Positions 1-13,563 are shown, numbered from the stretch's first letter. The stretch is DNA of 64,000 nt from Podarcis filfolensis (GCA_964270895.1 OZ185438.1), one strand, 5' to 3'. Notes: generated from the letters alone by a model not told the origin. Made by a program: numbers and translations.

Positions 1-480
1 GTAGTAGCACCCTGAACTTGGCCCAGTAGCAAATTGACAACCAGTTCAGCACTCTGAGCACAGGTGTTATATGATGACAAGGCTTCACTCCTGTCCACTG
101 TCATGCTGCAACATTCTGTACTAACTGCAGCTTCTGGATCAAGCGAGAGGGAAGCCCCACATAGAGTGCATTGCAGTAGTCCAGTCTTGAAGTAACAAGC
201 GCATGAACTACTGTGGCAAGGTTTTTCCGGTCCAGGAGTGGCCGTAGCTGTCAAATCAGCTGCAGTTGGTAAAAGCCAATTCTAGCTACTAAGGCTGCCT
301 GAGCCTCCAATAACAGAGCTGGATCAAGAAACACCCCCAAACTGCAAACCTGCTCCTTCAGGGGGAGTGCAACCCCATCTAGGGAAGGCAACTGACCAGT
401 GTCTAAGACACAGGAGCTACTTACCCACAATGCCTCTGTCTTGCCAGGATTCATGCTCAGCTGGTTTTTCCTCATTCATT
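1..480 (-). mobile_element. L2-clade LINE ORF2 (post-RT, C-terminal) fragment, decayed
   Basis: The minus-strand translation NQLSMNPGKTEALWV...LDGVALPLKEQVCSLGVFLDPALLLEAQ...GFYQLQLI continues through stops into ...LATVVHALVTSRLDYCNALYVGLP...QKLQLVQNVAA...HITPVLRVLNWL. This is the hallmark L2 ORF2 C-terminal motif series. The element runs off the window edge. Confidence 0.9.
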
Positions 481-1029
481 TCACCACTGTGTCCAGGCAA
501 TGGCCCAAAGTCTGCACGGCCTCTCCCATTTCAGATGTTATGGAGAAATAGAGCTGATGTCATCAGCATACTGATGGCACTTTGCCCTGAATACTCCTAA
601 TGACCGCTCCCAAGAGCTTCATGTAAATATGAAATAGCAACAGAGAGAAGATAGCACCCTATACATATTGAGGATGTGGGAAGACAGCAGAAGTGATGGA
701 TTGAAGGACCTTATGGATAGGATCTTATGCACCCTCTCCATCCCACATGTCTTTTCTGATTTATACCCATTGCATCTGTTTAATAACAGCTCCACACTGA
801 TATACAGGGACATATGTATTCACTCTTGTAATGCAGCACTGAAATTGCAGGGGAATTAGATTAGGCAGATTGGATTCCTTATGCATTATTTGAGGTGGGG
901 GACATGTGCTGGCTAGCACAGCTATCCAAATGTTACAGAACAGTCTTAGAGGTGTACACACACAGATTTACAAAATACCTCTTTCGAAAATGTAAACTTC
1001 CCCACATAAATATGTAATGAGATAATCAC

Positions 1030-1135
1030 TTGAAAAAAGAAGCTCACTGAGTGAGACACTGACTCTTGGCCTAACTCTACTGCACAAGGTTGTTGTGAAG
1101 ATGAGGAGCCACTTAAGGAAAGGTGGGGAAAGAAT
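1030..1135 (+). mobile_element. MIR/Ther1-derived SINE core fragment
   Basis: CTCACTGAGTGAGACACTGACTCTTGGCCTAACTCTACTGCACAAGGTTGTTGTGAAGATGA resembles the MIR core (…TCAGCCTAACCTACCTCACAGGGTTGTTGTGAGGATAA). Confidence 0.5.
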
Positions 1136-1924
1136 GTAATTATAATGGTGATGATCATAATAAACCTCCCTCTATACTGAAATGCTGGCACTTTTGCAAG
1201 TGTACTTGGCAGCACAGAATCCATGCGTGCAAGCTTAGAATGCAAAGAGAATAACAACCCTTTATCTAATTAAAACCACAGCTTGAGAAGGTGGTTCAGA
1301 ATTAAAATGGGTTTATTAAAGAGAAGCAAGTTGATTCACATAAAATATGACATAAACGGCTTCACACCCAAATGTGTGCCACTTAGACCTTTGTGTGTGT
1401 TATTTTTGTTGTTGCTGCTAAGTGTGTTTTTAAACCCCCTGACCTTTTCCACAGCCCATGTAAATGAGGAGAGGTTGACACACACTTCATGCACATTATG
1501 GAAGTGACTGGGGAGAGGTAATGAGGGAAGTGCTACCCCATGCTGCTCTCTGATCAGTAACTTCCCAGTCACCTCCCGACAGCCACTTCCACGGTGCATG
1601 CATAATATACACCTGCTCGTGTTTGTTTACATGGGTTCTGGAAGAAATTTGGAGTTTCAACCAGGTGTAGGAAACCTCTGGCTCTCAGACAAATCCAGCT
1701 CCTTCTCCATTCAGTTTATACTAAAGTGTTCAAGCTACTTTGTAGTTGTTGTATCATTTATCCTTATATGATCCTTGGAAATAGGTCAGATGCATGTTTG
1801 TAGCCAAAAGAGTTCAACAGGTGTAGCTTGAGCTACTGGAGCACTGTCATAGGAACTGTCATAGGAAGCTGTTTTAAGTAGAGTCAACCACTGGGGTCCA
1901 TTTAGCTAAGCACTGTTTACTCTC

Positions 1925-2030
1925 ACAACAGCTCTCCAGTGCTGCAGTCATGAATTCTCTTCCAACCCTACCTAAAGGTGCTGAGGGTTCAACATGGGAC
2001 CTTCTGCATGCAAACCAGATGTTCTGCCAC
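1925..2030 (-). mobile_element. tRNA-derived squamate SINE, partial
   Basis: GGGACCTTCTGCATGCAAACCAGATGTTCTGCCACT is the reverse complement of the SINE head also seen at 4903-5089 and 58052-58233. Confidence 0.6.
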
Positions 2031-4902
2031 TTTTTGCATTTGGTCACTCAGATGACCATGTTCCCCAAGCAGGAATATCAAGATACAGTTAAGCTTCTGA
2101 CCATGCACTTGCTGAACAAATGTTAAGATGAAGTTTGGAGATTAAAGCAAAAACCCTACTAGCCACCTGACAGTGGCTTCAGACATTAGGCCAAAGCAGA
2201 GAAAGCGGATGCATGAGATCATCTTTTGAACATTACACCCAAAGAGTAAAAAGCAGATCTATGAGCCATTAATGCATTTACCTTCCCTGATTTGGCTTAA
2301 GGTCTGAAGCGGGTCTGCATAGTCCTGTGGTCACTGTGATTGTTGCCAATGAAGCAACAACTGAGGAGTTTGCATGCGTGTGTCTGTGTGAGAGAGCTTC
2401 AAAACTACAAAAAGAAAGAGCAAAACAAAACAAACTACAAGGGGGAAAATGTCCCCAAAAACCTAGCCTGGAGGACTGGGTAGAATCGAGGCCTCCACAG
2501 ATGAGTGCTTTTAATTAGGAAGAGGGCTGAACGGCAAGGAGCTTATGCTAATGAGGAGCCTATTTTAATCAGCTTATTTTGAAAAAAAAAGCAGCATTTT
2601 GTAACAGTCAAAACAGGTCTGAAAAATGGTAATTATCAGTAATGTGTTAACTGGGAGGGGGTGTCTCTGTGGGCTGAAATTAACGAGGTTCCTGTTTGAC
2701 AGCAACACATACAGGACACAGCAGCTACCAAGCAGGATGGCTCAGCCAAGATGCTGGCAACTCACAGATTAGCAGTAGCCAATAATTTGTCCTGCTTCCT
2801 TTAAGTCCTAAATTTCTACCTTCCTCCAATCAATTCTCTGTTGATGTCATGTCTTTTCTCACTATCTTCCCTTATCCTTCAGCTGTGTTCAGTACCAGAT
2901 TATTGTCAAGCCCTGACCCTGCAGAAGACATTGACAAACTAGGTGGATGGAAACCCTGGTTGCTGCGACTTCACCTGCCCCAGCAAAGCACCTATCTTGA
3001 CACCTAACCCAGCAGCACTTTGCCAGTGCTGGATGATGGGGAAGTTAGTTTGTGGGAGGAGATGGTATCGATGGTGAATTGTTTACACCATTGTCCCAAA
3101 GGGATACCCTAATCACCATCCCACTATACTGTCAGCTACTTCCCCTCCCTGATAACTGAAAAGGAAATAGGATTTTGTAGCGCTGGTATGTGCCAACAGG
3201 ACTGAACATAGTGAACGCCAGTTTGCACAGCCCCAGTTTGCTTTTTAAAGAAAAAACAAAACAACACGGCCCTGTGCCAAGCATACAGTACCATCTGCTC
3301 CTGTAAGAGCCGCCATCCACAAGGTTTTTTGTAACATGTATGATAAAGAACCCTGCTATACATCAGCCTCAGAACTTCCCAATAACCTTGAAGCTGAAAA
3401 GCAGGAGGAGATAGAATATGCTAAATGTGCTAGAGAGACAGGACAGTGTGTTGGAGTGGGGTTGGTTACATGAGGAGTGAATGGCTTGGTTTTTAAGGGT
3501 GTATATGCATCCCTGGTGGCAGCTTATAGACAAATATAATTCTACATACTGAGCAACCTCCCCTGGCTTAGGAGTCATAGCTACTCAGCAGTTGTTTGAC
3601 ATTGAAATCTGATTCCAAATTCCAGCATGAGGTTTTATATGCAGTGGTGGGGCAAGGGAGTAAGCCTCCTTCTCCACCCTGTGCAGAATCTTCAGTGTGA
3701 ATGGAGGCCTATGGATATAAACACTTACGTAAATAGGCTACAGCACAGAAAACCACCTGCCACAAAAAGGAGCTGAGTGACTATGAAGGTTGACTTGCAT
3801 GGGCCTTGGAGCCAGAGATGCCCTTCTGCAAATTAACAACAACTCCAGTTCATAGAAAAGCTGGCAATCCAGTTGCTGACCCTGTTCCTGGTAGTAAGAG
3901 ATGACACAAGTTGGTCAATTCCTCCTTCCCACACCTGAGCCTCCTCCGACATATTTCCAGAGGGCCTTCCAAAAATCCATAGCAGATATTCAGAGAGCCT
4001 TTACTGAGGAAATCTCAGTAAATCACCCTTCCACCTCCATTCCATGAAGAGGGGTTTCCATGAGTGGAACTCCACTGAAAAGATCTCTGGATCCAATACC
4101 ATGCATGGTGGAGCTGGATGTCTGCAATCCTCTTCTTGCAAAACTGTGTGAGTGTGTCAGCTTAGTTTTGTATCTAAGCCAGGGGTCATCAAAGGGCAAC
4201 ACAACCTGTATGCTTTCTTCCCCTGTTAGTTTGAAAGGAAGAAAACCTTCAGCCAAATTTTAACTCCCCGCCCCCACTTCACTTCAAGCCAGCAACAAAT
4301 GCAGCCATAATCCAGCATTTCATTCCCCTAACAGAAAATATTTCTTATTGGTCATAAACTTGAGAGAATGCAAAACTTCCCAGGCAAAACGGTGAAAAGA
4401 TGAACAATATTTGTGATCATATTACTGAAAATAAATGCTATCTCACACATGGGTAGCCACCAGAGACCTCTGAAAAATAGCGCTAGGAGCAGCCAGCATG
4501 ACACATGGTTCTGGATCCTGGCTGTGATATGGAAAAATGAGCAGAAGGCCTCTGGGATCCAGCAAGGGGAGTTGAAGGAGGTTCAGTAGGCAGGGAATTC
4601 ATAGCAGTGTTTCCTGGGAAGGCAGTAAGTTTGAGAATAGACTGATATCTGGAAGGGAACCAGGGTATTAGTAGTATGAGAGTAATTAGGGATGGTTTTT
4701 AAGCTAAAGGGAATTAATGGCTGATAGCTCATTAGTCCATATCCTTGACCAAAATAAGCTTAAACGCCAATAAGTATCAGCATCAAGGGTCAACACTGCC
4801 AAGGTCAACATCAGAGCAAGGGCTGTACTACTGACCTCCAGAATGCCCCCACCCAACAGCCGCTGTTCCTCCATGTTGTTCACCGGCCCTTTCTTAGAAT
4901 TG

Positions 4903-5089
4903 AAACATATGAATCAGACTTAATCATCAGACAACTGATCTACCTAACTCAGTATTGTCTACACTAACCACCTGCAGCTTTTCGGGGTTTTGGACAGGAG
5001 TATTCTCCCTGGGAAGACTCTCTGAGACAGAACCTGGGATCTTCTGCATGCAAAGCAGATGCTCTGTCACTGAGCTGCAGCCCTTCCCC
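4903..5089 (-). mobile_element. tRNA-derived squamate SINE (head GGGCTGTAGCTCAGTGGTAGAGCATCTGCTTTGCATGCAGAAGG)
   Basis: The reverse complement of the tRNA-like A/B-box head lies at 5030-5085, and the body CTCAGTATTGTCTACACT is shared with the other copies. Confidence 0.8.
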
Positions 5090-5147
5090 TACCTCTAATC
5101 ATGATTTTATATGCCACACTCACCCCGTCTAAAAGTTCCATTGGTAT

Positions 5148-5480
5148 AAAGGTAAAGGTAAAGGGACCCCTGACCATTAGGTCCAGTCATGACCGACTCT
5201 GGGGTTGCGGCGCTCATCTCGCTTTAGTGGCTGAGGGAGCCGGCGTACAGCTTCCAGGTCATGTGGCCAGCATGACTAAGCCGCTTCTGGCGAACAAGAG
5301 CAGCACACGGAAATGCTGTTTACCTTCCTGCCGGAGCGGTACCTATTTATCTACTTGCACTTTGACGTGCTTTTGAACTGCTAGGTTGACAGGAGGAGGG
5401 ACCAAGCAACGGGAGCTCACCCCATCGCGGGGATTTGAACCACCGACCTTCTGATTGGCAAGTCCTAGGCTCTGTGGTTT
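5148..5480 (-). mobile_element. Sauria SINE, slightly 5'-truncated
   Basis: It has the (GGTAAA)n tail, GGGACCCCTGACCATTAGGTCCAGTC, GTACCTATTTATCTACTTGCAC, GAACTGCTAGGTT and a tRNA-like head, all diagnostic Sauria SINE blocks. Confidence 0.92.
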
Positions 5481-5932
5481 GTACAGCAAATATCATAAAT
5501 CGAGTGCTTGCCAGCACCATGAAAGTGCCTCATGATTTTTTAGAAATACGTTGACAACAAAGCCACCAGCAAATAATGGAGCACATCTGCGGAGAAAGAA
5601 AATATGTATGATTTGATGGTGATTGAGAGTAGATCCTTTGCAAGAAGTATAAGGATCCATAGGGATCTGTGCTTTTGATCCATGCTGTTGCACCATGGCA
5701 GTGCTGAAAAGTCCTTTCCCATCCACAAGACCTTTCCTGCCTGAAAAAGAGGTGCTCTTTTTTCCTACCTCTTTCACAGGCAATGAGGTAACTTCACGTG
5801 CACACAAAACTGAGTTGCGTGTACCTTATCACATTAACAACATGGACCCAAGGGGTCTGGTCCATCTTTTTTCACTGAAAAGTTTTAGGAAAGCCCTGCC
5901 CTGGAATGCAGTTGCATGGGGCGTTTTGCAAA

Positions 5933-6075
5933 NNNNNNNNNNNNNNNNNNNNNNNNNNNNNNNNNNNNNNNNNNNNNNNNNNNNNNNNNNNNNNNNNNNN
6001 NNNNNNNNNNNNNNNNNNNNNNNNNNNNNNNNNNNNNNNNNNNNNNNNNNNNNNNNNNNNNNNNNNNNNNNNNNN
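5933..6075. other. Assembly gap (143 N)
   Basis: Run of N characters. Confidence 1.
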
Positions 6076-7147
6076 GTTCTGCACTGTTTGCCACCACATT
6101 ATTGATCATGTAAGTGTTCTCTGATTGCTTACTGTCTCTTCCATCAGCTCTTGTGGGACAGCTAGGCAAAGACTTAGTGAATTCCCCTCAAGGCATTCTG
6201 GCTCTTTCTTCAACATGGAAGTACTGGTAACTTCAGTGATAATAAATGTGGGTGCTGATAGAAAGCAGTCACTCCAAAGCTCTTCAGCTGTGCTCTTCTC
6301 ACTTCATCTACAAACGTGCCATTGTTTGAGGCAGTGGTGGAAACTCAGTAAGCCTAGCTGCTATTATTTACCAAGTTCTCCATTTTAGCTAGCAGAAGTG
6401 TTGGCTGATTTTTTTAAAAAAAAATACACCACACACATTCTAACTTAAAACTCATCTCCTATTCTTCATCTTCTGAAGTGTTTGGCCCTTGCTGAGAAAC
6501 GACCAGCTGTAGGCAGCTTAAACAGGCCAATGTTCATTAAATGTCTTACTCAACCTCGAACCTCATGAATTGTTTAATGTACAACACAGACAAAAGCCTT
6601 ATTTCTTCATGTGTCAGCTCTTGTTAAGCGCCTCCCTGCCCCTCTTGCTGCTGGCAGTAAACAGGATTAACAAGCCCTATACTTAGACATGCTGCGCCTG
6701 CACATGATTCTCACACAAGCAAAGGAAGAATGCACACCACCCAAATGCAGACAAGGCACACAGGCAAGTGTGCGCACAATGCGCCCTAGTAAATAAAACC
6801 TTTGTGCATCCCACAAAATGGCAAATGCCCACAATGTGTACAAGGCACATTCACAGCGCAGAGACACAACCATATACACTCTACAGAGGGAGAGGGGAGG
6901 GGCTAATGGCCACCCAGAGGCTGATTCTCACAATTACTTTATTTATTTAATTGTAGACCACGTTCTCCCCCCGCCCCTTCTTTATAGAATAGTAAAGTGA
7001 TTGTGTCAGGCTTGTACTAAAGGCTCAACTGGGACTGATTGCTCAGCACACCACTGCAGAACGTGACCGGTGACAATCTGACCCTGTAGTAAAATGCTCA
7101 CCCAGTCACTTCTACACAAGTAAAATATAAATCCAAGTTTGTTAGTT

Positions 7148-7149
7148 AA

Positions 7150-7184
<35 letters not shown>

Positions 7185-7187
7185 ATA
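7148..7187. repeat. (AAAT)n microsatellite
   Basis: About 10 perfect tetranucleotide units. Confidence 0.95.
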
Positions 7188-7655
7188 CAGCCCTCCAGAA
7201 CCAGACTGAGGTAACAGTTCTGATGCAAACAGGAACCTGGATGCACTGTTGAGATATACATTATACTACTACTACTACTACTACAACAGAGCATTAGGGG
7301 TGTGATCCTCTCTGCACCTTATAGAAATACAACACAGTGATTATGCCCATTTGTACTGGAGATACCACATATAGTATTAGGAAGCATTACTGCCTCTGGC
7401 TGTGGAGGCACAGCACAGAGAATGTGGTAATGGTTATGAGGCGTGGCATTTTTGAGGCTGCAGCCCCTTCCCAGTTTGTTCTTCACAGGTTTGTCCCTAG
7501 AGGGCCTCAATGGGACGAATGAGGTGGGAGGAGAGAAAGAGGAGAAAGGAAAATGGAGTGACGAGGGGAGAGACAAAAATGGAAAGGAACACAAAGCAAA
7601 TAAAGAAACACATCATTTGCATCTGAGCCTTGCGTGCTAAGCCCTTCTTAATGAG

Positions 7656-7657
<2 letters not shown>

Positions 7658-7697
<40 letters not shown>
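7658..7697. repeat. (CT)n microsatellite
   Basis: About 20 CT units. Confidence 0.97.
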
Positions 7698-7700
<3 letters not shown>

Positions 7701-10700
7701 TTAGTAGTATGGAATATGAAACAAGCAGGTTGTGTGCTATGTTGGAAGTCCGGATCTTAGTAGAGTTCCCATTTCCAGCAGTAAAGGCTGTGGGAGAATT
7801 TCCAATACAGATGAAGCTGCAGACTTGAAAATTCTGACCAGCTGTTGGAATTATGTTATTCTTCCATGAAATTGGGAGAGAGTGCATGGTGGGCTATAAA
7901 CAGCACACCTCGGGGCACATGAAATTTAAAGAGATAGGCACATAATAATCTACCCTCCAAATTGTTTCTCTATAAAGAAAAGGTAATCACCATCCCCTTT
8001 CATCAGTCTCCAATTGGAAGCCTCTTCCCTTGGAATCAAGTCTTTTTAACTTAAGTGTTAACATTCAAGGGAGGTGTCGTTGTTTTTTTAAAATCACTTC
8101 AGAGCTCAGTTGAATATGTAAAATCTTGAAACCCAAATGAACATCTAGATTCACTAGCTATTGGGGCTTGATTTGCAGAATTTCACACAAAATGGAGAAG
8201 TGGCCAGTTGTTTAACAACTCATAATCCAAAAAATGGATCCTAGTATTTCAAATGCGCCACTGATGTATTTGTAGAGAAAGTGGGTCTTTTTTGTGTGTG
8301 GCGACTGGGGGGGCGGGGGGAGTTCTTCAGCTGTAACTCCCAGGCCTATTGCAACTGGTCTTTTATTGTAGCATTTCCAGTATATGTAGAGTTGTAACAA
8401 TTTGCATCATTAAATGTTTAACAAAACACCAGTTATAAATGCTGCAGTAATGGCTGCAATCTAGAGATTTCAGCGATTGGACAGATACAAAGCCATCCAA
8501 TCATGAGAGAGGGGAGGCATTTGACTCATGCAAATACTAACTGGGCAAATTGTGGTAGTTTACAATTTTACGCCGCAATCAAAATTTGTTTCTGGGGGTG
8601 GGGGTGGAAAGGAAATGATGTTTTTACAGTACCGGCACTACTGAGAATAGCCAAGAGCAACTCCCCCCCTTTTTTTAAAGGAAAACACATACAATTTTAC
8701 CAAAAAGAGACAGAATGAGAGAAAAGCTATTTTAAGAGAAATGGATTCCTCAGTAAGAGTAGCTGGTGTAGGTACTGAGAGTGTAACAAGTAAATGAAAT
8801 TTGAGGCTTTAGTGCCAGTCAGCTAGCAATAGAGCAATGGGGAAAGGGAGGGCCAACAGCAGTACACCCAACATCCTAGTTGAGTACACTCAACTGCTTA
8901 TTGAGTTGGACACTGCAAGTGATCACTGCCCTTACAGCAGAGCCAATGACCAAAAGAGGCTTAATTCTATATGTATAGAATATATTTAAGAAATGTATAT
9001 CCAGCTTTTCACCATATGTCTTGATGCAGCTTACAAAAATTAAAATAAAGGGAGGAATTTGACTGTTCTATCAGGTCAAGCTTTCTCCTTGCCACACAAA
9101 AATATCTCCCCTTTCCTCTCCTCCCAACCCACAGTGTTCTAGGGGGGCTTCCTACCCACCCGAGTCAAGTGAGGGAAGCATGGGGGGGGGCACACTGCCT
9201 TTTCTTCATGCAACACCACTGTCCATTCTCATTCCAGCTCTGATTCCAGCTCCAGCTGTTCCTAATGGAGAAACCCCAATCCTAGCCAAGGTGTGCAAGG
9301 TGAACTCTTTGCAGAATGCAGTATGGAACTGAAATTCTCCTTTTCAAGAAGTTCAGCCTGCACCCTGCACCCATTCAAGGAAGTAGTAATGTTGACAGAT
9401 TGACACCCTATATTTGGAGCTGTGAAGATGCCGAGGTGCATAGGTACACACTGAAAAATAGCATCCCCTCCCCGCACAAAATGTTAATGTACCCTTTGTT
9501 AATATGGCAGATCAGTCAATGGGAATAAAATGGAAGGATTTTTTAAAAAATCCTTCCCTTAGATTCAACGTAAGGTCAAAAACAGGGCAGAAGAAGGTGG
9601 GGAATAGTATCCCAAACCAGTTCTACAGGAATCACGCTACTCCCACCAATATTAGTAATACCACACATCTGATGCCCCTTGGATGAAGAGCAGTAGCAAA
9701 ACACAATAAGTCATAAATCCTAAATGCTAAAATAAAGGGTCAGAAGTAGCAATGTCAACCGAAGTTGAGGTGAGCATCATGTGCATCACAAAGAGGCAGA
9801 AAGTGATAATATTGGTGTTTTCGTTTTGTTTTCCAAAGCTAATATGCATTGGCTCCAAACGATGCTCAGTGTTATTTGGCTGAGTCTTGGCCTTTCCCCT
9901 TGGGCATTCCACTTGGTTACCTCCTGTTTGTTTGCAAATCGTAAGTTGCAGTAAGATCCAAACTGAGAAACTATCGATTGTACATTCCCTGCAAACCAGG
10001 ATTGGCAAACTAGGATTATAGACAACAATCCTGTTGTTATTTAGTTCTGCTTTCCAAAAGATACAGCTATTGTTCACTTTCAGGGATTTTCTGCTTGAAA
10101 TCCAAGGCTTAAACCCCAAAATCAAGGGGCTATGAACTGATGCGGATTGAAACGGAATAAATAGAAAAATTCTAAGCCTTGACCAACTGTAATCACAATG
10201 CCAGAACATAAATGATGTTCTCATCACAGCCATAGGTGAAAGATAAAGCACCAAAGATGCTAATATTTTGTGGTACACTGCCTTTGGTATGTACAGTATG
10301 CATATTTCTATTGCTGTTGGCTTTTTTTTTAATGTCTTGTAGAAGAAGAAAGTAATTGAATGGGAGTGTTTGTATATGTTCAGCATGCAGGAAAAAATGT
10401 GATGCAAAAGTATAAGCACCCACTTTCAATAACTCATACAACCAGTGCCAGCAAGACAGGGGGTGTTTTGCTGAGACTTGCAGTGTAAGGATGGAAATTT
10501 TTCGCTTGTTATTTTTATATTTGCCATCAGACGCTGCCACGCTCCATCAAGCTTAGAGGCTTAAACGCCAAAAGTTGGAAAGGAGAAAAGAAATCCATCC
10601 AGCGTTTCAATGTGTTTGACGGCTGCATAAGCATAAATGCTGGATACAATTGTGTTGCAAAACTGTTTGTCTACCTATCTCTAGGTCTGAGAGGAGAGCG

Positions 10701-10964
10701 GAGGCAACAAACTCATTACCATTGGAAACAGGATGACATATTTTGAGGGGGGATATATGGATTTAGACCTTGGTGATCTTGTTAGAAGCAGATATTCCTG
10801 GAAGATTCAAATGCTCACTCAGGTATGATGCCCTTGGCTTTGGCAAATTTGCTAATTAATCCCATCACCTAATTTATGCTGCCAAAAATACCTAACAGAG
10901 TTGTGGTGGGTTGAAATGACACAAGGAATAATACTTCATTTTGCTGCTTGAAATGTGCTATATG

Positions 10965-11219
10965 CAGGGGTCAGCAAACCTTTTCAGCGGAGGGCTGGTC
11001 CACTGTCCTTCAGACCTTGTAGGGGGCCGGACTATGTTTTTTTTTGGGTGGGGGAATGAACGAATTCCTATGCCCCACAAATAACCCAGAGATGCATTTT
11101 AAATAAAAGCACACATTCCACTCATGTAAAAACACACTGATTCACGGACCATCTGTGGGCCGGATTTAGAAGGCGATTGGGCCAGATCTAGCCCCCAGGC
11201 CTTAGTTTGCCTACCCATG
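10965..11219 (+). mobile_element. hAT-type non-autonomous transposon (MITE), about 255 bp
   Basis: Termini are CAGGGGTCAGCAAAC and GTTTGCCTACCCATG (imperfect TIR), and both flanks carry TGCTATA. A second copy lies in reverse at 61371-61622. Confidence 0.85.
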
Positions 11220-11404
11220 TGCTATAGCAATAATGAATCATACTAAAATAATCACACAGTCTCAGGGAAGTCTCATCTTAAAGTTATATCACCAGTGCAA
11301 CCAGACATTTGTGTAATGAAACAGAATTGGTGATTTCTTCTCATTCTTTACTGGTTGTAAATGCTACAAAAGGTATAAGATACATTTCACTACTAGCACC
11401 AGGA

Positions 11405-11636
11405 ATTTATTTATTTTTACTTTATTTACTACACTGATATACCACCTTTCCTCCAAGGAGCTGAAGCCAGCATATGTAGTCCTTCCCTGTCTCTATTTTA
11501 TCCTCATAACCTTGTACAGTCAAGATTAGGCTGAGAGACAGTTAATGGTCCAAGGTCATCCAGCAGGCTTTGTCACCCAGTGGAGATTTGAACTTGGGCC
11601 TGGTGGTTCCAGTCCAACCACTCTAACCAATACCAA
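11405..11636 (-). mobile_element. MIR/Ther1-derived SINE (Squam3-like)
   Basis: The reverse complement carries the head TGGTTAGAGTGGTTGGACTGG...CAAGTTCAAATCTCCAC, the core GACCTTGGACC...CTCTCAGCCTAATC and an AT-rich tail. Confidence 0.7.
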
Positions 11637-13203
11637 ACTGGGGTGGTGGTGAATACACAAGACACTGAATGGGATAAATGAGCAACTACTCAAGTAAATT
11701 TTAAAAAATCTGCAACAAAGCCAACCATGTTAGCAACAAAGACTAACAACGCTTGTGCAGACCCCTGAAGATCAGGTGAAAGCTAGGAGCTTACCCTTCT
11801 CCTTGTTTCCCTGCCATGGGCTATAGCACCTTGGCTCCAAGCACCAGATCAGCCTTTTGTCTGATTTATGCTTGAACTCACCTGCTCACGATGTGTTTAG
11901 GAGCCCCCTGACCACTCCATCCCACCATGACTGGACAGCCTTAGATGTGATGAGATCTTCAGGACCCAAAGGTAGCCCTAAGCCCTGGTCAACTGTGAGA
12001 GTTTGGTTGGATAACCACCCCTTCATCACTAAGGTGCATCAGAGTGCTCACCACAAGAGTATCTGTTTACTCTCTCCCTATCCACACTGAAGCGTACAGC
12101 TGTGCCAAGTTCATTAGTTTGCTGAATCAGCCAAATTACTGCAGTGTCTCCCAAGAAATACCACAGCATGAAGTAGGCAGAGGGAAAGGCACTCCCAGTT
12201 GTCAATTGTGAAATATAACCCCCAAAACTCCTACTGTGACTCTATATAGGCAACAGGCTAATCCCAATCAGGCACATTCTAGGGGTGGGAGTGAATGAGG
12301 CTACCCACAATCAATCTCCCATTGGCTGCTGTGTCTCACCAAGTGTGGCCATGTCATCATCTGGTGAATACAGATGTACAAGTACAGATTCATTTAGACA
12401 TTATATAGAGTTCCTGGAGTTTGGCACTTGTGATTGTACCATAAACACCTTTACTTATTGGGTATAGAGCCAGTGCTATTAGTTTACAAATAAGGTTCTA
12501 TTTCCAGGGATATTAAGGCTTCCCATGCATCTCCTTAAGAGATTTGCTAATTCTTATTACAGTTGGTTATTTATAAACTCTCCACAGAACTTTAAAATAC
12601 TGATAGCATACCTCTGTTTGTTTGTTTTTTAAAATAAATCCTGTTAAGAATGGTTGTGTACAGGAGACCCATGTCAGTTTACATTTGTCACAACGCTCTG
12701 AGTCTCCTGGATAATGCTAACAATTTTTTTTTTTTTAAGATACCAAGAAAACTCAGAGCAATTTGATTATTTATGTGCACAATATCATGACCACCGGCTA
12801 GTGGTAAGTGGTGGAGAATTGTGGACAATGAGAGAATGTGACAACCTCATCAGAGCATAGCAAAGGAAGCATGCAGGAAGGACAATAGCTGATTGCACTG
12901 CTGGGGACATTTTTCTTGACCGCTCCTTGGGAGGCCAAGGTAGCTCTCCCCAGTTTGGAGATGATTATTCACTTCTTTTTTATCTCTTGAGATTCTTTTC
13001 CCCAAAAACTATTGCATGGAGGTAAATGGACCTGATATCTCTACTCCTCCCTGGTATGGATTCAGCAGGATTTTATTTCTGTTTTTGAAAAAGACACGAA
13101 TGGTAACTTTGTGAGCAGGTGTAGCATAGAAATTAAGAACTGAGAACCAAAAAGTCATGTGACATCAAATGCGGCTTTGCATTAAAATGTAAATGGCATC
13201 AGT

Positions 13204-13204
<1 letters not shown>

Positions 13205-13254
<50 letters not shown>

Positions 13255-13273
13255 TGTGTGTGTGTGTGTGTGT
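13205..13273. repeat. Compound (CT)n(GT)n microsatellite
   Basis: Directly visible. Confidence 0.95.
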
Positions 13274-13385
13274 AAATAATGGGATCAGAGCAGGCATGGA
13301 GGGGGTGTTTAACCCTTTACCTGCCTGCTGTGGTCCTAAGGAAAATAAGTCCCTCTTCTGATGGTGCTATTTACTTTAGGAAGAA

Positions 13386-13563
13386 GGGCTATAACTCATT
13401 GGTAGAGCGTCTGCCTTGCATACAGGTGGTCCCATAGTCAGTCCTTGGCATCTTCAGGTAACTGGGAAAGATACCTAGTCTGAAATCGTGGAGAACTACA
13501 GGCAGTCAGTGTAGTCAATACTGAGCTCTTGAATGACTCAGTATAAGGCAGTTTCCAGTGCCC
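13386..13563 (+). mobile_element. tRNA-derived squamate SINE
   Basis: Head GGGCTATAACTCATTGGTAGAGCGTCTGCCTTGCATACAG and tail GACTCAGTATAAGGCAGTTTCC match the 58052 copy. Confidence 0.8.

Noticed and set aside
5695-6169. ORFs of 65-136 aa around the first gap
   Set aside because: Artefacts of reading through N runs. The same applies to 15663-16145.
9727-10419. Longest ORF (230 aa, minus strand)
   Set aside because: It has the Ile/Leu/Phe/Cys-rich composition of translated AT-rich non-coding DNA, includes a homopolymer-derived Lys run, and shows no recognisable domain or splice context.
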